A stretch of DNA of 47,661 nucleotides. Source: Actinomycetales bacterium mxb001. Lineage in GTDB: Bacteria; Actinomycetota; Actinomycetes; S36-B12. The position numbers and the translations under genes were made by a program. The stretch is from NCBI GenBank assembly GCA_004379115.1, contig NBNH01000442.1:1-47661 (forward strand), given 5' to 3'. Within the stretch, counting starts at the first letter, position 1, and every line of letters begins with the position of its first letter. Below the pieces are notes generated by a model that saw only the letters and a program-made list of their open reading frames with translations, had not been told where the DNA came from and did not search any database. Positions 29,040 to 40,000 of the stretch are shown piece by piece.

Positions 29040-29665
29040 CCGCGAGCGCACCACTGACCATGGGTGCCGTGGTGGAGCTCCTCGCCGAGGAGTTCCCTGA
29101 CATCACCGCGTCGAAGATTCGCTACCTCGAGACCGAGGGGCTCATCCAGCCACATCGCACGCCGCGCGGGAGCCGTCGCTTCACGGAGGACGACGTCCGG
29201 CACCTGCGCCGCGTCTTGCGCCTGCAGCGCGATGAGTACCTTCCGCTGCGCGTGATCCGCGAGGGCCTCGGCTCGACTCAGGCGAATGAGGAGTCCACGG
29301 GCGATGTCTCTCCCCAGCGAATCCGCAAAGGTCGTCCCCGAGCGATGACGGTGGCCGAGATCTGCGAACGATCGGGGATCAGCCGATCGACCTGGGACGA
29401 TCTGGAGCGTTACGGCCTCGTGACGACGCGCGACTCCCAGGCCCTGGAGATCTGCACCCTGGTATCCCGACTGGCGGAGTTCGGTATCGAGGCCCGACAC
29501 CTGCGCGCATCCCGGGTGTCCGCCGATCGCGAGATCGGTCTGGTCGAACAGGCCCTCGCCCCCCGACGTGGTGACGCCGTGCGCGACGCCGATGACCGCG
29601 GTCAACTGCTGGCTCTGCTCATCGACCTGCATATCGCCCTGGTGCGGTCGGGACTCCCCGACTGA
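29036..29665 (+). CDS. MerR-family regulator (Rv1828/FtsR-like)
   Basis: EFPDITASKIRYLE.EGL..P.RT, YLPLRVI, GIEARHLR. Confidence 0.85.
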   Translation: MTASAPLTMGAVVELLAEEFPDITASKIRYLETEGLIQPHRTPRGSRRFTEDDVRHLRRVLRLQRDEYLPLRVIREGLGSTQANEESTGDVSPQRIRKGRPRAMTVAEICERSGISRSTWDDLERYGLVTTRDSQALEICTLVSRLAEFGIEARHLRASRVSADREIGLVEQALAPRRGDAVRDADDRGQLLALLIDLHIALVRSGLPD

Positions 29666-29688
29666 GGGGGTCGGGTTAGGCTCGAGCC

Positions 29689-30159
29689 ATGAAGCCGGTG
29701 GAGGTCGTCGGAGTTCGGGTGGAGATGCCCTCCAACCAGCCGATCGTGCTCCTGCGCGAGGCCGGGTCCGAGCGATACCTGCCCATCTGGATCGGCGCCG
29801 TCGAGGCCACCGCCATCGCCTTCGCCCAGCAGGGTGTCGTGCCTCAACGTCCGCTGACGCACGATCTCATGCGCGACGTCCTCGACGCGTTGGCCTCACC
29901 ACTCCAGGAGGTGCGCATCACTCGCCTCGAGGAAGGGGTGTTCTTCGCCGATCTCGTCTTCGCCAGCGGGACCGAGGTCAGCGCCCGTCCCAGCGATGCC
30001 ATCGCGCTCGCCCTGCGAACCGGCTCGCCCATCTACGCCGCAGACGCCGTCCTCGAGGAAGCAGGGGTGTCTATCCCCGACGAGCAGGAGGACGAGGTGG
30101 AGAAATTCCGCGAGTTCCTCGACCAGATCTCCCCGGAGGACTTCGGTGCCGGAGGCTAG
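29689..30159 (+). CDS. Bifunctional nuclease (DUF151) family protein
   Basis: LPIWIG..EA, RPLTHDL, ARPSDAIALA, FREFLDQISPEDF. Confidence 0.92.
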   Translation: MKPVEVVGVRVEMPSNQPIVLLREAGSERYLPIWIGAVEATAIAFAQQGVVPQRPLTHDLMRDVLDALASPLQEVRITRLEEGVFFADLVFASGTEVSARPSDAIALALRTGSPIYAADAVLEEAGVSIPDEQEDEVEKFREFLDQISPEDFGAGG

Positions 30160-30183
30160 TCGGAGACGGCCCGGCGGGTCGCG

Positions 30184-30212
30184 TTGACCCACCCCCCGCC
30201 CAGCCCTACGGT
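30184..30212 (+). promoter_or_regulatory. SigA-type promoter for the downstream MerR gene
   Basis: TTGACC (30184-30189), 17 nt spacer, TACGGT (30207-30212). Confidence 0.65.
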
Positions 30213-30242
30213 GATATCCCCCAACGAGCAGGGCAGGTGTCC

Positions 30243-30842
30243 GTGAGCGCTACCACCGGTCTTCCCGGCCAGCAGGACGTGGCGACGACGCTGCCCGCAA
30301 CCGTTGATCAGCCTGGGCTGTTCGACGAGGGTGATCTGCGCTCGGAGGCCACGCACCTCGGCTATCGGGGACCCGTGGCCTGCGCTGCTGCCGGCATCAC
30401 CTACCGGCAGCTCGACTACTGGGCCCGCACCGGACTCGTCGAGCCCAGCATCCGGCCGGCATCCGGGTCTGGCACCCAGCGTCTCTACGGCTTCCGCGAC
30501 ATCCTCATCCTGCGCATCGTCAAGCGCCTGATCGACACGGGCGTCTCGCTGCCCAATATCCGCTCGGCCGTCCGTCACCTCGAGGAGCGGGGCGGCGATG
30601 ACCTGGCCCGCATCACGCTCATGAGCGACGGGGCCACCATCTACGAGTGCCGCAGCGCGGACGAGGTGGTCGATCTCGTCCGCGGCGGCCAGGGAGTCTT
30701 CGGCATCGCCGTGGGCCGCGTCTGGCAAGAGGTCGAGGGTTCCCTGGCCTCCCTGCCGGGGGAGCGGTCCGACGGGCAAATCGACCTGGACCCCCACGAC
30801 GAGCTGTCCCAGCGTCGCGCAGCGCGCCACGCGACCGCCTGA
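30243..30842 (+). CDS. MerR-family regulator (Rv1830-like)
   Basis: ACAAAGITYRQLDYWARTGLVEPS, GSGTQRLY, GGQGVFGIA; start GTG 30237 or 30243. Confidence 0.88.
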   Translation: MSATTGLPGQQDVATTLPATVDQPGLFDEGDLRSEATHLGYRGPVACAAAGITYRQLDYWARTGLVEPSIRPASGSGTQRLYGFRDILILRIVKRLIDTGVSLPNIRSAVRHLEERGGDDLARITLMSDGATIYECRSADEVVDLVRGGQGVFGIAVGRVWQEVEGSLASLPGERSDGQIDLDPHDELSQRRAARHATA

Positions 30843-30849
30843 GCGCACG

Positions 30850-30871
30850 TACCCCCGCGAGGGGGTAGGCT
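30850..30871 (+). promoter_or_regulatory. Hairpin (possible terminator) overlapping a TAGGCT -10 element of the gcvP leader
   Basis: TACCCCC-GCGA-GGGGGTA perfect stem with GNRA loop just after the merR stop; TAGGCT at 30866-30871. Confidence 0.5.
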
Positions 30872-30887
30872 GACGTCGCTGCTCGAC

Positions 30888-31075
30888 CGCACACGGGAGA
30901 GCCCCGCGAAGCCATCGCGGGCGCCGAAGGAGCAACCTCCCCGGAAACTCTCAGGCACATGAACCGTGCGCGGAAGGCAACTCTGGAGAGAGGGTCGGCG
31001 ACGACCCCACCGACGGTGCAAGTCCGGCTGGCCCGGGCGAAGCTCTCAGGTCGCGGTGGCCCGCGAGACCAGAGG
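30888..31075 (+). ncRNA. Tandem glycine riboswitch (two aptamers)
   Basis: Aptamer 1: CACGGGAGAG...CGCCGAAGGAGCAA...AACTCTCAGGC...CCGTG; aptamer 2: CTCTGGAGAG...CACCGACGGTGCAA...GCTCTCAGG...CCAGAG; directly upstream of gcvP. Confidence 0.93.
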
Positions 31076-31140
31076 GGGAGCGCGGTGGCGCCACCACCGT
31101 TCGCCCCGGGGCGCCCTGCCCCGTGAGCCTGAGGAGCAGC

Positions 31141-33987
<2,847 letters not shown>

Positions 33988-34010
33988 GCACCCGCTAGCC
34001 TCGCCTCACC

Positions 34011-35573
34011 ATGGAGATCACCGGCGGCGTCCTCGCCACGATCATCGTCGCGATCGCGGTGGCGGCCATTGCCCGGTGGCGGGGTGTCGGGATCGCGATT
34101 CCGCTCCTTGTCGTAGGGGCGATTATTGGTGCGCTTCCGTTCGGTCCTGTGGCTCCGGATGACGCCGGCGAGGTTTTCCTGCTCATCCTCGCTCCGCTGA
34201 TCTTCGGCGAGGCGATGTCGACATCGTTCTTCGACTTCCGGCGTCAGCGCGGGCCGATCCTCGCCCTGGCGATCGGCCTCGTCGTCCTGTCGTCCTTCGC
34301 CGTTGGCGCCGTTGCGCAATGGATCATGCCGGGCCTGTCCTTGAGCCTCGCCTTCGCCCTCGGCGCGGTTCTATCGCCCACGGACGCCGTCGCGGTCGCG
34401 AGCGTGGCTCGGCGTGGTGCGCTGCCGCGTCGGATCGTCACGATCCTGGAGGGGGAGAGCCTCGTCAACGACGGGACCGGCCTCACCCTCCTGCGCGTCG
34501 CACTGACCGCAGCCGCCCTCGGGGCGGTCACCGTTGGCGACGTCCTGTTGATCCTGACCCTGTCGATCGTGGGCGGCCTCATCGTCGGTATCGCGATCGG
34601 CCTCATCATCGTGTGGGTCATGCGCACGGTGCGCGATGACCTCATCGCCAACTGCCTCATCCTCATCGCGCCGTTCCCCAGCTATCTCATCGCCGAGGAG
34701 ATCGGCGGCTCGGGCATCCTCGCGGTCGTCGCCACCGCCCTCCTGGTCGCCAACGCGATGCTCTCCAACCGACGATTCCGCGGTCGCATGGCCTCGGTCG
34801 CCGTGTGGAGGCAGCTGACCTTCATCCTCACCGCCTTCGCCTTCTTCCTCGTGGGTCTGGAGATCCCCGCCACGCTCATCGCCCTCGCGCCTGGTGAGCT
34901 TCGCATCGTCATCCTGCTGGTCGTGGCCGTCCTCGCGGTCCTCTTCGTCTCTCGACTGCTCTTCGTCTTCGCCATGGTGGGCCTGTCACACCTGGGCAGT
35001 CGCGAGCGACTCGGCCCGCGTGAGGCGATCGTCCTGGCCTGGGCGGGCGCCCGGGGACCGGTGTCCGGCCTCGCGGCTTTCTCGATACCCGCCGCCGCGA
35101 TCGCCACGGAGTTCGCTGATGAACACCGGATCTTGCTCGCCACGACGTTCTGCGTCATCGCGATCACGCTGCTGCTCTCGCCGACGCTATCGCTCGTGGC
35201 ACGACTCGTCGGCGTCCACGGGGACGACGAGGGGGAGCGGGCAGCCGCTCTCAAGGCGGCGCTGGTCGCCCGAGGGCTTGAGGCACTCGACCAGGCCGTC
35301 GAGCAGGGCATCATCGACGGCCAGCCGATCGATGCCGCCGCGGAGCGCAGTGTGCGCGACACCCTCACGTCCCTGATGCCGGCATCGCAGTCCGCGTCCG
35401 AGTCGGAGTCCGCCGATCAGGTCTGGCAACTCGAGGGTCGCGTCCTGCGGGCGCAGTACGAGGAACTCCTGCGACTGCGCGATGAGGAGGGCATGCCCGA
35501 CGCCATCGTGCGACCGGTCATGCATGCCCTCGACCTGCAGTCCGAGGCCCACAAGGGCCGACAGTCGCCCTAG
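34011..35573 (+). CDS. CPA1-family Na+(K+)/H+ antiporter
   Basis: SPTDAVAV, EGESLVNDG, SGILAVV, WAGARGPVS; many TM helices. Confidence 0.9.
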   Translation: MEITGGVLATIIVAIAVAAIARWRGVGIAIPLLVVGAIIGALPFGPVAPDDAGEVFLLILAPLIFGEAMSTSFFDFRRQRGPILALAIGLVVLSSFAVGAVAQWIMPGLSLSLAFALGAVLSPTDAVAVASVARRGALPRRIVTILEGESLVNDGTGLTLLRVALTAAALGAVTVGDVLLILTLSIVGGLIVGIAIGLIIVWVMRTVRDDLIANCLILIAPFPSYLIAEEIGGSGILAVVATALLVANAMLSNRRFRGRMASVAVWRQLTFILTAFAFFLVGLEIPATLIALAPGELRIVILLVVAVLAVLFVSRLLFVFAMVGLSHLGSRERLGPREAIVLAWAGARGPVSGLAAFSIPAAAIATEFADEHRILLATTFCVIAITLLLSPTLSLVARLVGVHGDDEGERAAALKAALVARGLEALDQAVEQGIIDGQPIDAAAERSVRDTLTSLMPASQSASESESADQVWQLEGRVLRAQYEELLRLRDEEGMPDAIVRPVMHALDLQSEAHKGRQSP

Positions 35574-36082
35574 GTGCGCCCGAGTCGCTCCTGAGCCGTG
35601 GTCAGGGTGTCGGTCTCGGCCTGCGGCATCCAATCGGCATGCACGACGTCGAACCCTGCCTGTCTCATCGCGACCACGACAGCGTCGTCATCGTCGATCA
35701 CCCGGGCGACCATCGAGCCGGTGGCGAGCTCGCGCAGGACCTCCACCTTGAACTCCCGAGCCGGTCGTCGATCGCTCTCGGAGCGCATGTAGAGCGGGGC
35801 GGCGGGAAAGCCATGGGCCTCGAGCCAGGTCAGCGTCGCGGGACGGCACCGCTCGGGTCGGCCCGTCAGGTAGACCGGCGACAGGCCGTCGCCGATCGCA
35901 CGTTCGATCTCCGAACGGCCCTCGGGCAAGACGCCGTCGTCGGGCGCCGACGCGAAGAACGCATCCCAATCGCGGCGGCGACCGGACAGGTGGTGCAGCC
36001 GGTGGCGCACGTCGGCGATCACGCCGTCGATGTCGACGACGACCAGGGCAGGAGGGGCAGGAACACCCTCGCTGCTCCCCAT
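35570..36082 (-). CDS. HAD-superfamily phosphatase (PNK-phosphatase-like)
   Basis: DIDGVIAD, LTGRP, LYMR..D.R....K, IDDD; start uncertain (36082/36094/36103), 36082 avoids the dif site. Confidence 0.75.
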   Translation of the reverse strand: MGSSEGVPAPPALVVVDIDGVIADVRHRLHHLSGRRRDWDAFFASAPDDGVLPEGRSEIERAIGDGLSPVYLTGRPERCRPATLTWLEAHGFPAAPLYMRSESDRRPAREFKVEVLRELATGSMVARVIDDDDAVVVAMRQAGFDVVHADWMPQAETDTLTTAQERLGRT

Positions 36083-36085
36083 AGG

Positions 36086-36113
36086 ATCTGACATAATGTG
36101 CATTATCGGCGTT
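36086..36113 (-). other. dif: Chromosomal dif site (XerC/XerD recombination site)
   Basis: Minus strand AACGCCGATAA-TGCACA-TTATGTCAGAT, 11-6-11 layout; right arm matches E. coli XerD arm TTATGTTAAAT at 9/11; AT-rich patch between genes; gene orientation converges here. Confidence 0.85.
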
Positions 36114-36126
36114 TTGCCGATATGCC

Positions 36127-37551
36127 TCAGGCCCTCAGCGCCTCAGCGAGCTCGGCGAATTCCTGGGTCAGCACGGCCATGTCGGCCGGCGTGTGAGCCA
36201 AGGACACCAGCCACTGCTCGTCGAGCCCGGGAGGCGTGAGCACGCCGCGATTGACGCCCCAGAGCCAGCTGAGCTCGGCAGCGCCGAAGTCGGTGCGCTT
36301 GTAGTCGCGATAGTTGCGGACCGGCGTCGCCGACCAGGTGATGGCGCCCTTGACCCCGAATCCCACCGTGTGGGCGGGCAGCTGGTGACGGCGGATGATG
36401 TCGTCGGCAGCCTCGAGTGCGGTGTCGTTGACCTCCTCGGCCCGGGCGAGAGCCTCGCGCGTGCAGACCTCATCGACGGCGGCAGCGGCGGCCATCACGA
36501 GCGGATTGCCGTTGTAGGTGCCGAAGTGCGGCATGCGGCCGTCGATGACCACCTCCATCACCTCGCCCTTGCCACCGAACGCGGCCAGCGGAAGGCCACC
36601 GCCGATGCTCTTGGCCAAGGTGACGAGATCGGGGGTCACGCCCAGTCGCTGGGCGGCACCGCCGTAGCCGGCCGTGAGGCCGGTCTTGACCTCGTCGAAG
36701 ACCAGGAGGGCGCCGTGGGCGTCGCACAGGGCGCGCACTCCGGCGAGGTAGCCAGCGTCGGGTACGACGATCGACACGTTTTCGAGCACCGGCTCCATGA
36801 CGACGGCCGCGATCTCACGGCCGTGGTCGGCCAGCAACTGCGCCAGGCGCTCGAGGTTGTTGTAGGGCACCGGGTAAACCGTGCCCGCCTCGACCTCGAA
36901 GGGCACGACCGCCACCGGAGCATCCTCCGGACCTGCCTCGTCGACCGCGGGCTTCACCGAGACCGACAGGGCGTCGTAGCCACCGTGGTAGCCACCCTCG
37001 ATCTTGATGATGGCCTTGCGTCCTGTGTAGGCACGGGCCGCGCGTACGGCGTACATCGTGGCCTCGGTGCCGGAGTTGGCGAAGCGGATCATGTCGAGGT
37101 CGAAGCGCTGGCAGAACCGCTCCGCCATCTCCGACGCCGTGGGCGACGGGGTGACGAACAAGGTGCCGGTCTCCATCGCCTTGGTGACGGCGGCGACGAC
37201 AACGGGATTGAGATGGCCGACCAGCATCGCGCCAAAGCCCATCGACAGGTCGAGCAACCGGCGACCGTCGACGTCGGTCAGCCAGGCACCCTTGGCGGAC
37301 TCGATGGCGATGGGGTACGGATCCCAGTGCTGGAAGGACGACGGGACCCCGAGCGGCAGGGTCTTGCTCGAGCGGGCGTTGAGGGAGCCGGACTTCGGCG
37401 TTCCGCCGGAGAAGCGCTCCCATTCGGCTGCCAGCAGGGCCTGGACGCGCGCCGGATCGAGCGGGACGGACTCGGCGGGTACCTGACGCCAGGTGGCCGG
37501 GTCGTGCGGCGGCCAGGTCACCGGGTTAGGGGTCGTCGTCTGGATGCTCAT
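36127..37551 (-). CDS. Class III PLP aminotransferase, glutamate-1-semialdehyde aminomutase-like
   Basis: FANSGTEA, GGYHG, DEVKTG, TLAKSIGGG, GTYNGNP. Confidence 0.85.
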   Translation of the reverse strand: MSIQTTTPNPVTWPPHDPATWRQVPAESVPLDPARVQALLAAEWERFSGGTPKSGSLNARSSKTLPLGVPSSFQHWDPYPIAIESAKGAWLTDVDGRRLLDLSMGFGAMLVGHLNPVVVAAVTKAMETGTLFVTPSPTASEMAERFCQRFDLDMIRFANSGTEATMYAVRAARAYTGRKAIIKIEGGYHGGYDALSVSVKPAVDEAGPEDAPVAVVPFEVEAGTVYPVPYNNLERLAQLLADHGREIAAVVMEPVLENVSIVVPDAGYLAGVRALCDAHGALLVFDEVKTGLTAGYGGAAQRLGVTPDLVTLAKSIGGGLPLAAFGGKGEVMEVVIDGRMPHFGTYNGNPLVMAAAAAVDEVCTREALARAEEVNDTALEAADDIIRRHQLPAHTVGFGVKGAITWSATPVRNYRDYKRTDFGAAELSWLWGVNRGVLTPPGLDEQWLVSLAHTPADMAVLTQEFAELAEALRA

Positions 37552-37636
37552 GGGTATCCCTCACTCCATCAGGTCGTGGATCGATCGTAGCCCTGCCGGG
37601 GAGCTGCCCCACGGCCCGTGGCCGGAGAATGACGCC

Positions 37637-38392
37637 ATGGTCGAGGGCTTCCGCGCGTACGCCCACCGGGGCGGCTCGAAGATCGCCCCCGAGAACTCCC
37701 CCGCTGCCTTCGCATCGGCCGTGGCGCTGGGCTACGTGTGGCTCGAAACCGACCTGCGTTCCACACGCGATGGCATCGCCGTCGTCCACCATGATCCCGA
37801 TCTCGACCGCACCACCGACCTGAGCGGGCCGGTGCTGGATCAGGCCTGGCGCGACGTGAGCCGGGCGCGGTTGGCCAATGGCGAGAATCCCCTGCGACTC
37901 GACGAGCTTCTCGAGGCATATCCGGATGCTCGGCTCAATCTCGACGTCAAGGAGCCTGCCGTCGTCGTTCCCACACTGGACGCCCTCCGGCGCGCCAACG
38001 CCTGGCATCGCGTGTGCCTGACGTCGTTCTCCACGCTCCGCCTGCGCGCCGTGCGGCGGTGGGTCCCGCACCCCGTGGAGACCTCGGCTGGGCCGCTCGA
38101 GGTGCTCCTCCATCGCACCACTCCCCTGCCCTTCACGCGGCTCTTGCGATCGACGCCTGATCGACTCCAGGTGCCGACACGCCTGGCCACCTCGACCTTC
38201 ATTCGGCGGGCCCACGCACGCGGCCTGGCCGTCGACGCCTGGACGGTCAACGACCCCGGCGACATGAAGCGCCTGCTGGCCCTCGGCGTTGACGGGATCA
38301 TGACCGACGACCCTGCCCTGCTGCGCGACGTCGTGCGGTCCCATGGGGGCTGGTGGCCTGACGTGCCTCCAGATCGAACACGTGTACGATAG
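37637..38392 (+). CDS. Glycerophosphodiester phosphodiesterase family protein
   Basis: AHRGG...PEN, ETDL..TRDG..VVHHD, NLDVK, AWTVND, GVDGIMTD; start ATG 37637. Confidence 0.9.
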   Translation: MVEGFRAYAHRGGSKIAPENSPAAFASAVALGYVWLETDLRSTRDGIAVVHHDPDLDRTTDLSGPVLDQAWRDVSRARLANGENPLRLDELLEAYPDARLNLDVKEPAVVVPTLDALRRANAWHRVCLTSFSTLRLRAVRRWVPHPVETSAGPLEVLLHRTTPLPFTRLLRSTPDRLQVPTRLATSTFIRRAHARGLAVDAWTVNDPGDMKRLLALGVDGIMTDDPALLRDVVRSHGGWWPDVPPDRTRVR

Positions 38393-38435
38393 GACAAGCG
38401 GAACCCCGGGAAGGTTCCCTTCGTCCTAGGCGTTG
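38385..38435 (+). promoter_or_regulatory. Putative dual promoter of rbpA: SigA-like -10 plus SigR/SigH/SigE-like GGAA-N-GTT
   Basis: TACGAT at 38385-38390; GGAAG (38409-38413), 18 nt, GTTG (38432-38435). Confidence 0.55.
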
Positions 38436-38471
38436 ACACCGGTAGATCCGGTTCCGCGAGGGAGGTGGGCC

Positions 38472-38816
38472 ATGTCCGAGGGCAGCCTGAGAGGTTCGCG
38501 CCTGGGTGCGACCAGTTACGAAAACGACGACCATGTCGCCCCGGCCGAGCGACTGATCGTCGCCTACGACTGCCCCCGGGGCCACGTGACCACCGTGCCG
38601 TTCTCCGCGGAGGCCGAAGAGGTTCCTGTGCTGTGGGAGTGCCGGTGCGGCGCCGAGGCGCTCCAGCGCTCGGCCGCACGCCCCGACGACAAGCCCACGC
38701 GCCATGTGCGCACCCACTGGGACATGCTGATGGAGCGTCGCACTATTGACGACCTCCAAGAGCTGCTCGACGAGCGACTCGACCTGCTGCGTCAGGGCCG
38801 GCGTCAGTCGGCCTGA
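38472..38816 (+). CDS. rbpA: RNA polymerase-binding protein RbpA
   Basis: SLRGSRLGATSYE, YDCPRGH, WECRCG, RTHWDMLMERR...LL.ERL; GGAGG SD before ATG 38472. Confidence 0.95.
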   Translation: MSEGSLRGSRLGATSYENDDHVAPAERLIVAYDCPRGHVTTVPFSAEAEEVPVLWECRCGAEALQRSAARPDDKPTRHVRTHWDMLMERRTIDDLQELLDERLDLLRQGRRQSA

Positions 38817-39247
38817 GTCATCGGGCCCATTCCGCGGCGCATAGCCCGTTCGATCCGAGCGGCGATACGACCGCGCACCGGCGGCAATAGGAGCACCAGG
38901 CCGATCGCCGTGGTGAGAAATCCGGGCACCGCAATGAGCAGGCCGGCCGGCACCAACAGCGACGTCGTGGCGGGTACTGCCGGCGCCACTGGGCTGGACT
39001 CCCCCGTCGCGGTGATCTCCAAGCGCTCCCCGGTGGGCGTGCGCAGTGCAGTCATGGCGGCCGACCAGGCCTGACCCGTGGCCGAAAGCGCGTAGCGGAC
39101 GATGCCGAGTCCTAGCGCCAGGAAGACCACGAGCGCCATGAACACCCACCACCATCCGATGATGGAGGCCACGAGCACCGCCAGCGCGATCTCCACGAGC
39201 GGATAGGCCAGCACCGCCACGCAGCCCCAGCGCACACGCGTGCTCAT
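38804..39247 (-). CDS. fxsA: FxsA family membrane protein
   Basis: [29 protein letters not shown]; start ATG 39247 overlapping the ppm1 stop. Confidence 0.78.
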   Translation of the reverse strand: MSTRVRWGCVAVLAYPLVEIALAVLVASIIGWWWVFMALVVFLALGLGIVRYALSATGQAWSAAMTALRTPTGERLEITATGESSPVAPAVPATTSLLVPAGLLIAVPGFLTTAIGLVLLLPPVRGRIAARIERAMRRGMGPMTQAD

Positions 39248-39990
39248 CGGCGCCGTGGCCGTCCGCTTACCTGACGCCATCGCTCCTGCGCACCCCACTG
39301 GCCCACCTTGGTGAGCGCCTCTACCACGATTCGATTGCTCATCTTCGACGTGCCGGCCTCGCGTTCGACGAAGGTGATCGGCACTTCACGAATGACCTTG
39401 CCGCGCTGCACGGCACGCCAGAGCATGTCGACCTGGAAGCAGTAGCCGTTGGACTGCACTGAGTCGAGGTCGAGATCACGCAAAGTCTGGGCTCGGAACG
39501 CGCGGTAGCCGCCGGTTGCGTCACGGGTGCGAATGCCTAGTGCCAGCCTCGTGTAGAGACTGCCACCACGTGAGAGAACTTCACGCGAACGCGGCCAATT
39601 CACCACCGCGCCTCCGGGCACCCATCGCGACCCGAGCACGAGGTCGGCGTGTTCGAGAGCATCGAGCAGGCGGGGAAGCTCCTCCGGGCGATGCGAGCCG
39701 TCAGCGTCCATCTCGACGAGGACGTCGTAGTCGCGGTCCAAGCCCCAGGCGAAGCCCGCGAGATAGGCGCGGCCGAGACCCTCCTTGCCCGGGCGGTGCA
39801 GGACATGAACATGGGCGTCACTGGCCGCCATCTCGTCAGCCAATCGACCCGTGCCGTCCGGCGAGTTGTCGTCAGCCACCAGGATGTCGGCATCCGGCAC
39901 GGACGCCCGGACGCGCCCGACAATTACCGGCAGGTTTTCGGCCTCGTTGTACGTCGGGATGATGACGAGTACGCGACCGACAGACGACAC
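39244..39990 (-). CDS. ppm1: Polyprenol monophosphomannose synthase (GT2)
   Basis: [41 protein letters not shown]; start GTG 39990. Confidence 0.92.
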   Translation of the reverse strand: MSSVGRVLVIIPTYNEAENLPVIVGRVRASVPDADILVADDNSPDGTGRLADEMAASDAHVHVLHRPGKEGLGRAYLAGFAWGLDRDYDVLVEMDADGSHRPEELPRLLDALEHADLVLGSRWVPGGAVVNWPRSREVLSRGGSLYTRLALGIRTRDATGGYRAFRAQTLRDLDLDSVQSNGYCFQVDMLWRAVQRGKVIREVPITFVEREAGTSKMSNRIVVEALTKVGQWGAQERWRQVSGRPRRR

Positions 39991-40000
39991 GAGATTGAGC

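Noticed and set aside
36127-37551. Assigning the symbol hemL
   Set aside because: Family motifs fit, but the termini diverge and there is no hem context, so orthology is not supportable by eye
36193-37590. 465-aa antisense ORF (also 20065-21735, 3313-4476, 44507-45661, 39851-40963)
   Set aside because: Shadow ORFs opposite well-supported genes; no recognisable motifs; expected from GC-rich codon usage
34011-38392. Integrative element (IMEX/prophage) at dif
   Set aside because: No second dif-like att copy, integrase, rep or phage genes seen on either side
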